Below, piece by piece: positions 1-14,200 of a stretch of DNA of 64,000 bases (position 1 is its first letter; the number at the start of each line of letters is the position of its first letter). A model generated the notes under the pieces. It ran no database searches. It had not been told where the DNA came from and saw only the letters and a list, made by a program, of their open reading frames with translations. A program made the position numbers and the translations under genes. The stretch is from Negaprion brevirostris (Eukaryota): contig JARDVH010000133.1 in the NCBI GenBank assembly GCA_030324005.1, positions 35,947,903 to 36,011,902 on the forward strand, read 5' to 3'.

Positions 1-110
1 AATCCATTGGCACCTTTCCTGTGTCCAGGGAATTTTGAAATATTGTAACCAACGGATCCACTATCTCCACCACCACTTCCTGTAATACCCAAGGATGTAG
101 GCTATCAGAT
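1..110 (-). mobile_element. CR1-type LINE fragment
   Basis: resembles the reverse strand of a CR1 RT-proximal region; degraded. Confidence 0.45.
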
Positions 111-219
111 CTGCTGAGATTTTCCAGCATTTTCTCTTTTGTTCCATATAATGGCATTGCCATTAACCTACTGCTTGTCGTTCTAGATGGTAGCAATTGT
201 GACATTGAAACACTTTCTC

Positions 220-325
220 GGTACACCTGAATAGGCAAAAGGTGGTGAGTTTAACACCTCATTGAAATATAATACCTTGACAATGCAGCACTCTTTTAGT
301 ACTGTTCTGCACTGTCTGCCTAACA
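220..325 (-). mobile_element. DeuSINE-like fragment
   Basis: gtttaacacctc...gacaatgcagcactc...cactg resembles the Deu domain. Confidence 0.45.
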
Positions 326-479
326 GTCGGCATCAGAGATTGAGGATGGAAGTGACAGGTTAGAGATGAGGCTGTGCTCAGATATTGAAAATTAGAGATA
401 TATTTGTACTTCTGCTGGGTTGTCTACACTCAGATTGAAGCAGAAATCTGTCATGATGGTAGAAAGCCATAATCCTGCA

Positions 480-670
480 CATTTGCCATGCCTAACCCAC
501 CTAATTTACATATTTTTGGACTGTGGAAGAAAACTGAGCACCCAGAGGAAACCCACACAGACACAGGGAAAACATGCAAACCCCATACAGGCAGCACCCA
601 AGGCCAGAATCGATCCTGGGTCCCTAGTGCAGTGAGGCAGCAGTGCTAACCACTGTGTGACCATGCCGCC
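480..670 (-). mobile_element. HE1-like V-SINE (elasmobranch tRNA-derived SINE), 5' part
   Basis: reverse strand reads GGCGGCATGGTCACACAGTGGTTAGCACTGCTGCCTCA...GGATCGATTC (A and B boxes) followed by a V-domain. Confidence 0.85.
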
Positions 671-764
671 TGTAATAGTACAGTTTAACATTGGCAAGCC
701 CAAGGCTATCTCTTGCCAGAAACCCAGTATCTGGCCCTCTCCACTGGCCTGCAGACTTGCAAAT

Positions 765-1165
765 TTTTTAAAAATTAATTTACGGGATGTGGACATCGAC
801 TAGGTCAGCGTTTATTGCCCATTCCTAATGCCCTTGAGAAGGTAGTTGTAGCTGTTTTCTTGAACCACTGCAATCCCTGAGGTGTAGATACACTCACAAT
901 GGTGTTAGGGAGGGAATGCCAGAATTTTGACCCGGTGACAGTGAAGGAATGATGATATTTTCAAGTGAGGATGATGAATGTCTTGGAGGGGAACATCGAG
1001 GTAGTGGTGTTCCCAGATAGCTGCTGCCCTTGTTCTTCTAGATGGTAGTGTTGATGTGCTGGGAAAGTGCTGCCTAAGGAACCTTGGTGAGTTCCTGCAG
1101 TGCATCTTGCAGATGGTACACATTGCTGCCCATGTTTGCAGTGGTGGAGGGATTGAAAGTTTGTG
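765..1165 (-). mobile_element. 3' end of a CR1/L2-superfamily LINE
   Basis: ORF 905-1123 CTICKMHCRNSPRFLRQH...RRTRAA is a LINE ORF2 C-terminus; same family recurs at 37065, 54815, 57968 and 63870. Confidence 0.75.
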
Positions 1166-2088
1166 TTATACTGTAAATATTCTTATAGTGACATGTTGTG
1201 GGGATAGTATTGACATCAGAAGTGTCATATATAACAGGAAAATCAATGCAATCTGGAAACCAATTATTTGGTTTAGGTAGATTTCTCTGCCCCCTCAATT
1301 CTAAGTACACAATACTGGCATGAATTCTGTGGATCAAATTAACTTTTTGCCTGGGATGAGGAAGCAATGCCGCCAAACTATTTTTATCTTGTATATAACA
1401 AAGCAAGTTTATGACTGTCAAATGGACAATTTAAGCCTTTTGCCGAGTACACTAGTAAGTTTAATCAATTTGGTAAGAAAATATGTTTTTATCAGCTAAA
1501 TCCAAAAAGCAGAGCTTGTTTTAATTCATTTTTCAATGGTTACTAACATTACTTTCTGTGTACTAACTGAATCAAGAGTGCTAAATTCTAGATCCATTTG
1601 TGCTGTGGAACTGTTTCCTCTCATGACTGGATTAAGACGTATTGCCCGTGATACTTATCTGTATAATACAAACTAGGTGCCATTTAAACCACCTTTTACA
1701 ATGTAGTGAAATCCCGCAAAAGAATATGCTGATCGAAAGTAAACTTGATAATCTGCTATTTTGGGATTGAGATATGTGAGCAATTATATGACCATGTTCC
1801 TGTCTGAAAAAGATAACCAAGTGTTGGATTTTTACAAAATATTTAAGGTTTTCCTGAATATTAAGATATTCCTGATATGAGCAATAATAAATCTCTGATA
1901 AAAGTTGCAGTTAGTTTTTTTGTTGGTTTCTATCAGAATCAGGACTTTAAATCTGCAAGTTTGTTTTCCTTTGTTTTACATGGAAATATTGCTTATTTTT
2001 AGGTTGACTTTGTTTTTGCTGTTTTGAAGCTTGTCAAGGTGTCCGGAAATTGATGTAGCAATTAATATATATATTGTTTCTGTCCCAG

Positions 2089-2222
2089 ATCCTCGCTGGG
2101 CATCAATAAACAGAGGTGTTCTGATTTGTGATGACTGCTGCAGTGTACACCGCAGTCTGGGCCGGCATATATCTCAGGTACGACACCTGACACACACACC
2201 ATGGCCTCCCACCCTGCTACAG
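2089..2222 (+). CDS. GIT2: GIT2 exon 2 (134 nt; DPRWASINRGVLICDDCCSVHRSLGRHISQVRHLTHTPWPPTLLQ)
   Basis: cccag| acceptor, CAG|gtaagg donor, ArfGAP motif. Confidence 0.96.
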
Positions 2223-5200
2223 GTAAGGAACATTTTGTTATGTAATCACATTCTCGTAGAGTACAGGTTTGCTGCAAAAGTTCAGTTGGGAGCTCGATGA
2301 ATCCCTGACTGTCTGATATCGTTGTATACAAAATCAAGCTGGAGTAGTAGTTGATGAGGTCTCCTTGAACAGAATTACCAATTCATAGAATAGAATCCCT
2401 ACAGTGCANNNNNNNNNNNNNNNNNNNNNNNNNNNNNNNNNNNNNNNNNNNNNNNNNNNNNNNNNNNNNNNNNNNNNNNNNNNNNNNNNNNNNNNNNNNN
2501 NNNNNNNNNNNNNNNNNNNNNNNNNNNNNNNNNNNNNNNNNNNNNNNNNNNNNNNNNNNNNNNNNNNNNNNNNNNNNNNNNNNNNNNNNNNNNNNNNNNN
2601 NNNNNNNNNNNNNNNNNNNNNNNNNNNNNNNNNNNNNNNNNNNNNNNNNNNNNNNNNNNNNNNNNNNNNNNNNNNNNNNNNNNNNNNNNNNNNNNNNNNN
2701 NNNNNNNNNNNNNNNNNNNNNNNNNNNNNNNNNNNNNNNNNNNNNNNNNNNNNNNNNNNNNNNNNNNNNNNNNNNNNNNNNNNNNNNNNNNNNNNNNNNN
2801 NNNNNNNNNNNNNNNNNNNNNNNNNNNNNNNNNNNNNNNNNNNNNNNNNNNNNNNNNNNNNNNNNNNNNNNNNNNNNNNNNNNNNNNNNNNNNNNNNNNN
2901 NNNNNNNNNNNNNNNNNNNNNNNNNNNNNNNNNNNNNNNNNNNNNNNNNNNNNNNNNNNNNNNNNNNNNNNNNNNNNNNNNNNNNNNNNNNNNNNNNNNN
3001 NNNNNNNNNNNNNNNNNNNNNNNNNNNNNNNNNNNNNNNNNNNNNNNNNNNNNNNNNNNNNNNNNNNNNNNNNNNNNNNNNNNNNNNNNNNNNNNNNNNN
3101 NNNNNNNNNNNNNNNNNNNNNNNNNNNNNNNNNNNNNNNNNNNNNNNNNNNNNNNNNNNNNNNNNNNNNNNNNNNNNNNNNNNNNNNNNNNNNNNNNNNN
3201 NNNNNNNNNNNNNNNNNNNNNNNNNNNNNNNNNNNNNNNNNNNNNNNNNNNNNNNNNNNNNNNNNNNNNNNNNNNNNNNNNNNNNNNNNNNNNNNNNNNN
3301 NNNNNNNNNNNNNNNNNNNNNNNNNNNNNNNNNNNNNNNNNNNNCTACCACACCTCCGACCTTGGTGTCATCAGCAAATTTACTGATCCACCCAACTATA
3401 CCCTCATCCAGATCATTAATAGATCTTAATTTGAGAGTGGCAGTACCTCTTCTGTTTTGATGTTGCTACCTCTTCTGTTTTGATGTTGCTTTCCTAATCT
3501 TTGGTGTGTTCCAATCGTTTGACTTTTCACACAATGCTAAAAATTGACATTCCTTACTGATGCCATTTTATTTCATTTCATACTCTGACGGTGACCAGTA
3601 GTAACATTTTTGCCCCAGGTGTCATTTCAATCAAGGCTGGTAAAAATCTAAGAAACCTTAATCTGACACATTATTTCCACACAATTGTTGTGGTTCTTGA
3701 TTAAGGTTATTATTTGTAATCTACATTATACTATTGTATTCTTATTGTGTATTGCAAGGGTTAATCTATTCTATAAATATAAATCTGGATAGTTAATATT
3801 CCACTTGAATCCAGCTTGAGATATTTTAGGTCCTGTTTACCGCTGTTTTCTTCAATCTGAGTAAAGCTTTGAGTCTCCAGAAGAGAAAAAAAATGCCCTT
3901 GCAGAAGCTGCGTCTTTTGTCAAAATGCTGCTAATACAATGTGAACATTGTATTCCATTTCAGCCTTTTTAAAAATGTTTTTAATTTCAGATGGTGCAAA
4001 CTCTTGTTAGCAATGGTGCCAATTCAATCTGGGAGCATTCGTTGCTGGATCCTACTGCAATGAGTGGAAAGCGCAAGGCCAGCCCTCAAGACAAAGTACA
4101 GTAAGTACATTGAAGTACTAATTTTAAAAGTCTTTTACACTTTTGCATGTATAAGACACAAGGTACAACAACTATTTTTGTCATGACTCTTATTGGCACT
4201 CTTAACTTCACTCTTAATGAAAGATGCCTCCAGCCTATTTGTCAGTTTGCACATGTCTGATAATAGCTGGACTTAGGCCACCCCAAGTTATTGGTCTTAT
4301 TTCCTGTTGATACTGGTGTAACATTTCAATGCCCCATCATTATTCTTATGGTCTCTGCCGGAGAATACCTCCTGATTGAAATTGAGCTACAACTGTTTAT
4401 TTTCTGAGGTATAAAACCACTTAAAGTCGAGACTGGTTCTACCTCCATCATCAATGTGATTTTCATTACACCAGGGAAACTAAATTGAGCCATAAAATGA
4501 CTAAATTAACTATTTGTTGTCCGAATAGGGACATTTTTCAGGGGTTAAACAGTTCATTGCCTTAAATATACATATGTCGGGTCTATGTTTCCCTCATTGC
4601 CAGCCTTTCCTGTGAATTAGGAGNNNNNNNNNNNNNNNNNNNNNNNNNNNNNNNNNNNNNNNNNNNNNNNNNNNNNNNNNNNNNNNNNNNNNNNNNNNNN
4701 NNNNNNNNNNNNNNNNNNNNNNNNNNNNNNNNNNNNNNNNNNNNNNNNNNNNNNNNNNNNNNNNNNNNNNNNNNNNNNNNNNNNNNNNNNNNNNNNNNNN
4801 NNNNNNNNNNNNNNNNNNNNNNNNNNNNNNNNNNNNNNNNNNNNNNNNNNNNNNNNNNNNNNNNNNNNNNNNNNNNNNNNNNNNNNNNNNNNNNNNNNNN
4901 NNNNNNNNNNNNNNNNNNNNNNNNNNNNNNNNNNNNNNNNNNNNNNNNNNNNNNNNNNNNNNNNNNNNNNNNNNNNNNNNNNNNNNNNNNNNNNNNNNNN
5001 NNNNNNNNNNNNNNNNNNNNNNNNNNNNNNNNNNNNNNNNNNNNNNNNNNNNNNNNNNNNNNNNNNNNNNNNNNNNNNNNNNNNNNNNNNNNNNNNNNNN
5101 NNNNNNNNNNNNNNNNNNNNNNNNNNNNNNNNNNNNNNNNNNNNNNNNNNNNNNNNNNNNNNNNNNNNNNNNNNNNNNNNNNNNNNNNNNNNNNNNNNNN

Positions 5201-8200
5201 NNNNNNNNNNNNNNNNNNNNNNNNNNNNNNNNTTAAACATTCATTACAGAAAAATGTTTTCCTCCTTGTTAATTCTGGTTCTTTTGCTAACATGTTAAAT
5301 CTTTGCCTTCTAGTAAGCATCCAATTAGCCACAGGAAACAGTTTCTTCTCTTACTCTCCCTAAACTCTTCATGATTTTAAACTGCCCCATCAACTCTCCT
5401 CTCTGTCCTCCCTGCTCCAATTAAACAGCCCCTGCTCCTCCATTCTCACCATGTAATGCAATCCCTCATACCTGTAAACATTCTAATAAATTTTCTTTTT
5501 CCTGTCCCCAAAGCTTTCATGTTCCTCACAAAATGTGATGCCCAGTAAAGGACACAACACTCCAGCAGAAGTCAAACCATTTGTTTAAATGTGAAAGTTT
5601 TGATTCTTACAGGTGTGATACTTTGGGTCCCATTCATCTTTTGGTATCTTGCACAGCAAGCTTATGTTTACATTGAGCCAAAAATAGATGGGAAGGTGGG
5701 GTCACCTATCTTTCCCATCACAATTGGCCACATTTATTGACCAGATGCACGTGCAAAATGTGATAATTTGAGTGAGGTATTAGAAAGTTGCCTCCACCCA
5801 TTATGCTTTTCATCAGCAAGAGTGTGTTTGTACTGCCTCAGACCAGTTTCAGGAAGGCAGTAGGCGTAGAACAAAGCTATCGCCAGTTCAGCACAGTCGG
5901 TATTTTGACTAAGAACAAGCATGAGATCAGGTGTAATGCCTGTTTTTGTCTGCTTGATATGTCTCTTCTGTGGGGACCATGAATTGGATTCAATCTGAAT
6001 TGGTTTTTGGAGCAAGCAGGGAGATAGATTAAGGGCTCTATCCACTCTCCATTGACTCAGTAATTCTGAGGAAGGAAGTTTTTTTAAAAACAAAACACTT
6101 GTGAATGTTATATTGACTCTATTGCCAGATAATGGCTGGTATGGGATAACTGGTAAACATCACATTGATAAAGTCATATGTACTGTTCAAAAGTTCTACC
6201 TGAGGCATATTACGGGGACAGAGTCATGACAATTAAGGATTGGTAGCAATAGCATTATTTTAACATCTAACTTTAACGTCTAGTATTTATGACTTGAATT
6301 GCCTGTATTTCATTTCCAATGCTGATATCCCTCATTGTAATGAGCACAATTTCTCATAAGGCTATCTACCCTCCCTCAAATTACTTTGTTTGTTCCAAAT
6401 GTATATGCATTGTAGAGTTTTTGAAACCTGCTTGCCTTGCCAAACAACTTGGTTATCTCTTTCATCATTCAGCCCTAATAAAGCCGAATTTATCAGAGCC
6501 AAATATTCGATGTTGGCATTCGTCCATCGCTTGCCATGTCGGGAAGATGACAGTGTTGCAGCCAAAGACCTGAGCAAAGTAAGCACCTTAACTGAAAGCG
6601 TTGGTTCAATGAAAACATTAGAACATACCTTTTCCACCTTTCTTTCAAGGAATCTTGAACTCCTCCAGAATCTGTAGGTGGCATTTTATGATTATATTTT
6701 GCAGAGTGGCACACTGGGAGTGAAAAATAGGGTGGAAGTTGCCTGCCCAAGGTGTCTTCATTTTAGGTTCTGAGTCAAAGAAAGTGTCAACATCGTGCTG
6801 GCAGGGCAGGCTGTGGTTAAGCCTGCTGCACCAGCAATTTAAGTTGTAAAAAGATCGAAGTGGTCCAATTTTAAACAAACAAAAATAGAACCACCCATCA
6901 CCCCCTCACATACATGGAACATCCACTCAAGCAACAGTCCCTCTTCCAGCAGTGCCATGGAACTGCCTGGGCACAATCCTCTCCCTGGGAGCTGCACTCA
7001 GCTGTGCACCTCCAGCAGGTTGTGCTTGCCAGGAACATGTCATGGGGGGCCTGTCATAATTCATAAAAATGGGAGCACAAAATCCCCTCTTGGCTGAGTC
7101 TAAAGTTGCTTTGTAGAGATTGAACATTTTGATTTTAAACAGAAAATCTCCTGAAATGCTAATGAGGATCCAGCACTTTGGTACATCCCAGGGAACCCTT
7201 TTACTTAGTGAGTTTGCAGCAGTATTGCTTGATTGTTTTTTTTTTACTGGAGCTGGTTAGTTGTGGTTCAGCACCTAGATTTATCCAAAGCACCAATCCT
7301 AGTTCCATTCAATGGAATTGATTTACGATATGAACTACCCACATCATAATCCAGTGATGTGGGTCTAGGTGAGACAGTAAATTTGATATTTCATATGGAA
7401 TTATTTTAAGTCTAAGATTAGGAATAATTTGAACAAAAGCTTTGACCTTGAGATTTTCTCCATTATGTATAATTGGGATTGACACAAATGTTTTATAAGA
7501 TGAGATGAAGGAGCTACTACATAAAGACTGAGTGGGAAATTGGACTTTTTTTTTGTTGTGGTTCTATGCACCTATTTTAAATATGTTGTTTGTGTTGCTT
7601 TGAAGTTTAACCATCTGATGCTGTTGGGAATATATTACACACACATACCTGCCCTGACAAGCAAGTAGGCAGATGTTACGTGAGATTAGAGTTCCTACTG
7701 AGATGTGAACTACTTTATAATCTACAGCAACACCACCCGCTAAGAGTGCATCAGAAAAAGATCATCTTTATCTTTTTGGAGATCCTGTTTTTGTCTATCT
7801 TATGGGAAATGCAAATTAGTTGTTTTCTCATTTGTGAATAGCATAGTTTTGGAGTTAACTTGCTTATTACCAGGGCACAATAACACTGTCCCCCCGCACC
7901 CCCAGCTGCCACTCCAAACTGGGATTGGGAAAAGTAAATATGCTGAGCACTCAATTCGCAACTACATGTTCCTTGAACAATAGCCAGTGCTCCAAACTGA
8001 TACTTCTCAGCAGAACAAGAGGAAAATCTAATATAATCACCATTACCAGTTCCATTGGATAAGATTTGAGATTGGATTGCTTGGTCCCCAGGTTCAAGCT
8101 AGTTTAAATTCTGTTGGGGCTGTGTGTGAGTCAGAGAGAATAAAATAATTTCGCCTCCATGTAACACACACTTTGTTCAGTTGTGACAATCATGGAAACT

Positions 8201-11200
8201 TGCTTTCGGAGAGAAACAGAATTCACACCTGTTGACTCATTTACTGATGGATGCTGGCAGACCTGCAGAGTTTTTCCAGCATCTGCTATTCTTTATTTCA
8301 GGTTGCAGCATCTACAATATTTTGCTTATTGTAGTTTTAGTACTGTAGGTCACAGTCTCACCACAAGCAGATTTTTAAAAATGCTCCTCTAATTTGCTCC
8401 ACTTTTCTCTTCAGCATACTATTTCATGTGAGGATACCGTCCCACCAGTGCTGCACACTCTTGCTACCTCAACCAAGTATTCACTTACAGGAGTGAACTT
8501 AAATACTGAATGCCACCAAGATTTTTGATTGCTAAGGAAATTGCACCAGAATATCTCCCTGTCTTAATTTTATGTCTATGTGCACAGGTATACTTTCTAA
8601 CAGAAGTTAGTTATCAAGTAAAAGCACTGGTTAATTTTTTTACGTTTTTTTTAAACGTTTTTCTTGTCAGTAGTATAGGGGACTGGTTGAAGCCTTCTTA
8701 ATTGTGGCCTTGGCTGAAACAAGCCAACTCACTATAGACAAGGAATTGAAGCTATGCCATTTGTTCTGTTTAGCTCATCATCTGGGCCAGTGGAAGCGCT
8801 AGATATATGTTTTAACATTTTTATTTTGCTGCAATAAATAACTAATGAGATGAAGGGGCGAAAAGTAAATATTTGAACTTTAATATTGTGCAACAAGTTG
8901 TTGAGTATATCAAGGCTCCTTGTGTACTGTTCAAATTCTCAAAAATAAAATGCAGTATAACAAATAATAATAGCCCCTTAATTTGTACCAAAATGTGTTT
9001 CTGCTTCGCACACATTTCTGTTGAAGTATGGTAACTGTTGTCATGAAAGGAAATGTGCACCAGTGATGTATCTCAATTAATCAGGAGATTAATTCTGTTA
9101 CAATCCCAGTTGATGTTCCTAATAGACAGCAATGTCTCTGAATGGAACCCCACTCAAAAGACCATAACTTATACTTTTCTTTAGGACGAACAGAGCCATG
9201 GGACAGAAAAAAAAGTTTATTAAAAATGAAAAGTTTGACTATAATGCAATACTCCTTCACTTCTACTTGTCTTCACAAATCTATGCATGTAATGACAACA
9301 CAGGTTACAAAATATATCTTGTGCTATAACGTTCTCAGTAAATACAACTTCTGTAAACCAATAGGCCAACTGTGATCAGACGCACCCCACTCTGAAATCA
9401 AATGGCAGTTGTTACCCCGTCGAACTTCTCTGGATTTCTCTTCAAATCCCCCCCTAGATGAATAGTACACTAAGAGTCAACTGGCCTCATTGGACTTTGG
9501 CTTCTATGCGAGCATTCCCAAATTCCACTCTTAAAAAGACATGCCTTAAAATCATATTCCCACCAGTGCTTTCCCTCAGCTGTTTACAGCGCAGATCCAC
9601 TCCCAGGATTAACATCTCTTAGTATTTCTCTGCCTTCAATTGTGACATGCATTCAAGCAACCANNNNNNNNNNNNNNNNNNNNNNNNNGACAGAACACTA
9701 CTGCTTCACGGGTTGCAGTAAAATGTCACCAAAGTTTTGACTTAGCTATGATGTCTGTTTCCCCACTTTAAATCTGGTCTTGTTTAATTCAGCATTTTCC
9801 TGCCTTTTATTTGAATTCCAATAAACAATACCTTGTTCAAATTCCAATTCCTTTTGTTTCTCTGATTTCAACATTCCTGGGACCTCTGTTTTCATTCCCT
9901 GGTTTCTAGAACCCTGTTATTTCGTTTCTGTGACTTGCTTTCTCCGCATTTCTCCATTGTATTGCTTCTGTTTGTGGCTAAATCATGCATTTTCCTTTTC
10001 AAGTTTCTTTTTCACGTATGACTCTTTTATAGATTAAGTGGTTTCTGTGCTCACAGATATGTTGCCTTCTGTTCAGGTATCTTTTGTTATTTCAGCAATT
10101 GCACTCAAGTGTGCGGACCGGGAACTTGGAGACCTGCTTGCGACTACTATCATTAGGGGCCCAAGCTAATTTCTTCCACCCTGTAAGTCTTTTGTTTTTA
10201 ATACAGAGTTACCACTGCAATCTTTATTTTGCCTCTGCTTCTTTGTATATTGATTGTGCACCAAACAGTGAACAAATTGCTGGGAAATGTAATCTAAGCA
10301 AATGACTCTGCAACATGTTTTAAAGTAATCCTTTTTGTTCATACTTTTTCTACAACTTAAGCTATTTTTTCAAGTAAATTTTGACAAATTAGTGTTTTCT
10401 CTCCAGTGCTTGGCTTTTAATGGTCATGATGTAATGAGTGCTGCTGACCTTTCCCATGCACTCTGCAGCTGGATTTATTAGAAGCCTTGGAATAGGCCAT
10501 TGGTCTCCCTGTTGGCTTGGGAAGTGAAATGGCAGAGAATATGTTTCTTTTAAAAAGATAACCCATTGTGTTCTTGTCAGCTGTCATCTGTTTTGAGGGC
10601 CTGATAACAAGCCAGAGTTTCTGAATTTAAATTCTACGATTAAAATTGTGAAATTTAATAATTATGATTTGTGAACTTGCAGGAAAATGGCTGCAAATTG
10701 CCAGATTGCCATTTAAAACCCAACTGCTTTGCTATGTCTGAAGGGAAATAGCTTCCCACTCTCTCTGCTTTGAACTATGTAATTCAAGTACCACATTGTG
10801 TGGTTGCATCTTCATATTCTTTGAAGCAGTCTAACGACCCACCCAATTTTAAAGCCAATTACTAGAAGAAAGCCTGCGTCTCTTGGTATCAATAATGTGT
10901 GCCACAAATGTAGCTTTTTCTAGTGTCACCTACAGTCCAAGGAAAATAAAAATGTATTGTAAAAGTTTATCTTTCCGATGAGGATGTATGTTTTATTTCA
11001 AATAACTGGTTTCTTAAGTGTAAAACTGCAGTAGCTTCAATGCATGATTTTACTTTATATTGTAGGAAAAAGGGAACACTCCTCTTCATGTGGCTAGCAA
11101 AGGAGGACAAATTCTACAGGCTGAGCTATTGGCAGTATATGGTGCTGATCCTGGTGCCCCTGATGCTAATGGCAAAACTCCATGTGACAGTGCAAGGTCA

Positions 11201-14200
11201 GATAACTGAAAAGGCCATAGAAGTGACTCTTTATGTTGTTGCTGCTGAGAAAAATATGAATGTTATGCAACAATGGCTTATTTACTGCAATGTCAAAACA
11301 ACAACACTTTACAATATGTGACTGCACATAAATGAAGCGTTTTGTCACTGATGTAACACAGTGTTGGCTTCTTGACCTTTAAGAAATTAAACAGGTTAAA
11401 AAACAGCATTTGGTTTATTATTTTAACACAAAAATCACAGATTTTAGATGATTCTAAGCCAAACGTCTATAGGAGTTCAAATATAAATATCTTGTAGCTT
11501 GTTTTGTCAGCTGTTCTTGAATTTAACTGACTATGATTTAAAATTCTCTGGGTTGATTGTTTTCTGGTTAGCCTGGCTGGTTCAAATCGAAAGTCCCCTT
11601 GAAGTCCGAATAGAAAAATGTTTTGAATGAGCTTAATAAACCCATGAAAGAATAAATTCTTGATTAGCAAAATAATCATGATCATTGTTTTCTACTTAAG
11701 ATGCTTAAGCTTAATAATGACCAAATCTATGTTATCACTGCCGTTCTACAGAATGACAGTGGTCTAAGTTACAGTCTCCCTTAGAATGAAGAATTAGAAA
11801 ATGTAGTTCCACAATTCAGCTAAGGAGGGAGAAAGAAAACTGAGATCAAGAGGCCAGGAAGTAGCAGGATAGCTAAAGGGGAATCAGTAGACAAAGTATC
11901 TTTGGATTTTTGGAAGGCATGTGCTGCATGTGATGTCACACAAGTTTAGAATTTATGAGACAGATAATATATTAACCTGGATTGAGAATTGGTTAACAGA
12001 TGCAAAACAATATGGAAATAAACAGTTCTTTTTCAGGATATCGGGATGTAACTTCTGAATTGGTGCTTGGGCATTAGGTATTTATAGTCTATATCAATGA
12101 CTTAGATGAGGGGTTTAAGTGTAATGGATCCAAGGTGGGAAAATGTAATTGACGCAGAAGTTCAGCAATGACCTTACTGAATGGCAGAGCAGATTTGAGC
12201 AGAAATTGCCTACTTCTGTTTGTTCTTCAGCATGTTACTCTACTATCTTCCAAAGGAAATCCTATTAGGGGATTTGATTAAAACGAGTAAATCAAAATGA
12301 AGTAAAGAGAGTTCTCTTGTGAATCACTAGGCGTATTAGTCATTTTTTCCAAATGTTAGGCAAAACTGCCCTCTGGTGCGTAGCAAGCAGTGCTCACTCA
12401 TTGGAGTGCTTCTTGATGCAAAACTGAAAAAAAAATCCAGAGTAAAATAAAATTTAGAANNNNNNNNNNNNNNNNNNNNNNNNNNNNNNNNNNNNNNNNN
12501 NNNNNNNNNNNNTATATAAACAGAAGTTTGCATCCAAGGATTAGGACACTATTTGTGAAATGTAGATTGTCCATGATCTGCAGAAGGGACACCTTTAAAC
12601 TTTGAAAAATCTTTTTTTTTCCATGTTTGCTTCAATTTTTATTTTGCAATTCCAGCGTGTGAGTCTAGGGCATCATGCAACGGGGAGCAGGTTTACACCA
12701 GAATAAACATCCTAACAGTTGTTAGGAAAGGTTCTGCTGCATAGCCAAACTTTAACTGTGGTCCAATTTTAGAAGCAATGTAACATTTTAATTGAAGTGT
12801 AACTAAGGTATATTAGCATAGTTGCTGACCCCTGAAAAATCTGACAGAGAAGACATTTGTGCTGATCTCAGGGATACTATCATCACCACCACCTTCAAGA
12901 AAGGAGATGGAGGATTGTGGGAACCACAGTCAAATGTCCCCACTCTCCATCACCGGGAAGATCATTTCCCAACTCCTTGCTAGCCACCTTCTCCCACTCT
13001 GAGGTAATCTTTCTGGAAATCCATTGTGCCTTCTGACCAAACCATAGAACAGCAGACATGATTTTCAATGCTGGACAACTTCAAGAGAAATGTCAGGAGC
13101 AACATCAACCACCCAACATGGCCTTCAGCAATCTGACTAAGGCTTTTTACGCAGTTGGCCAGGAAGTGCAATGGAGGATCCTGTCAAAGGCCAGCTGGTC
13201 AGAGAAATTCTTCAACATCCTGTGACTTTTCCAAAACAGGAAGTCTCACCAACAGAAATAAGACAACCTTCAAGGTTAAGCAAGGATGTGTCATCAACAC
13301 CACCCTTTTTCTCCAACTTCATCACTATTCTTCGCCTTGTTAAAAACAAGCTTCCCAGTGGAGTGAACATAGTCTACAGGATGGACAGAAAACTTTTGAA
13401 CCTCGGCCAGTTGAAATCCAACGGACATTGCTCGTGGAACTTTAGTATGCGGATGATATCGCCATCTCCGCTCTCTCAGAAGAAAATCTTCAAGTAATGC
13501 TTGATACCTTCATGAAGCATACCAACAAATCGGTCTCAGCATCATCCTTGAAGACTCAAGTCCTTTACCAACCTGCCCCAGCACAAGATCCAAGCTCTCC
13601 CTTGTGAAGATCAGTGGAAAAGCCCTCCTAAACGTGGAGCATTTCCCCTGCTTGGGGAGCCACTTCTCATCTAAGCTTGTTATCGATGTGGAGATCCAAT
13701 ATTGTATCCAATCTGTGAGCCCTTAGGATGAGAATCTTTGACAGCAATGTTCATGCTGACACCAAAATCCTCATGTACAAGGCAGTCGTCCTCCTGACTC
13801 TTCTATATGGCTCAAAAACTTGGATTACATACAGTTGGCAACTCAAGGCCCTGGAAAAGTACCATCAACACTCTGAGACAGATTCTCTGTATTAGCTGAG
13901 AGGACAGGCTTATTCACATCAGTGTCCTTGAAGGAGCCAAGACCACCACCATCAAGGCCATGACCATCTGGAACCAGCTCCACTGGGCTGGCCAAAACAA
14001 AGTGAAGACAGTTCTCATTAGATTGTCAGAGTCCTGACTGCCAAAGCAAATCTTATTTGCCCAGCTCGAGGAAGATGCTCCTAACAAGAGGAAGACAAAT
14101 AAAACACAACAAAGACACCCTCCAAAGTCTTACCTCCAGAAATGCAACAAAGACACCAACGCCTGGAATATCCTTATTCAAAAGAGACCTATTGGAGGAA

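Noticed and set aside
2383-3429. Long ORFs in the ORF track spanning N blocks (also near 4.6, 14.5, 41.6, 54.3 and 63 kb)
   Set aside because: Artefacts of N runs translated as X; the blocks abut repeat ends and are probably masked repeats or gaps.
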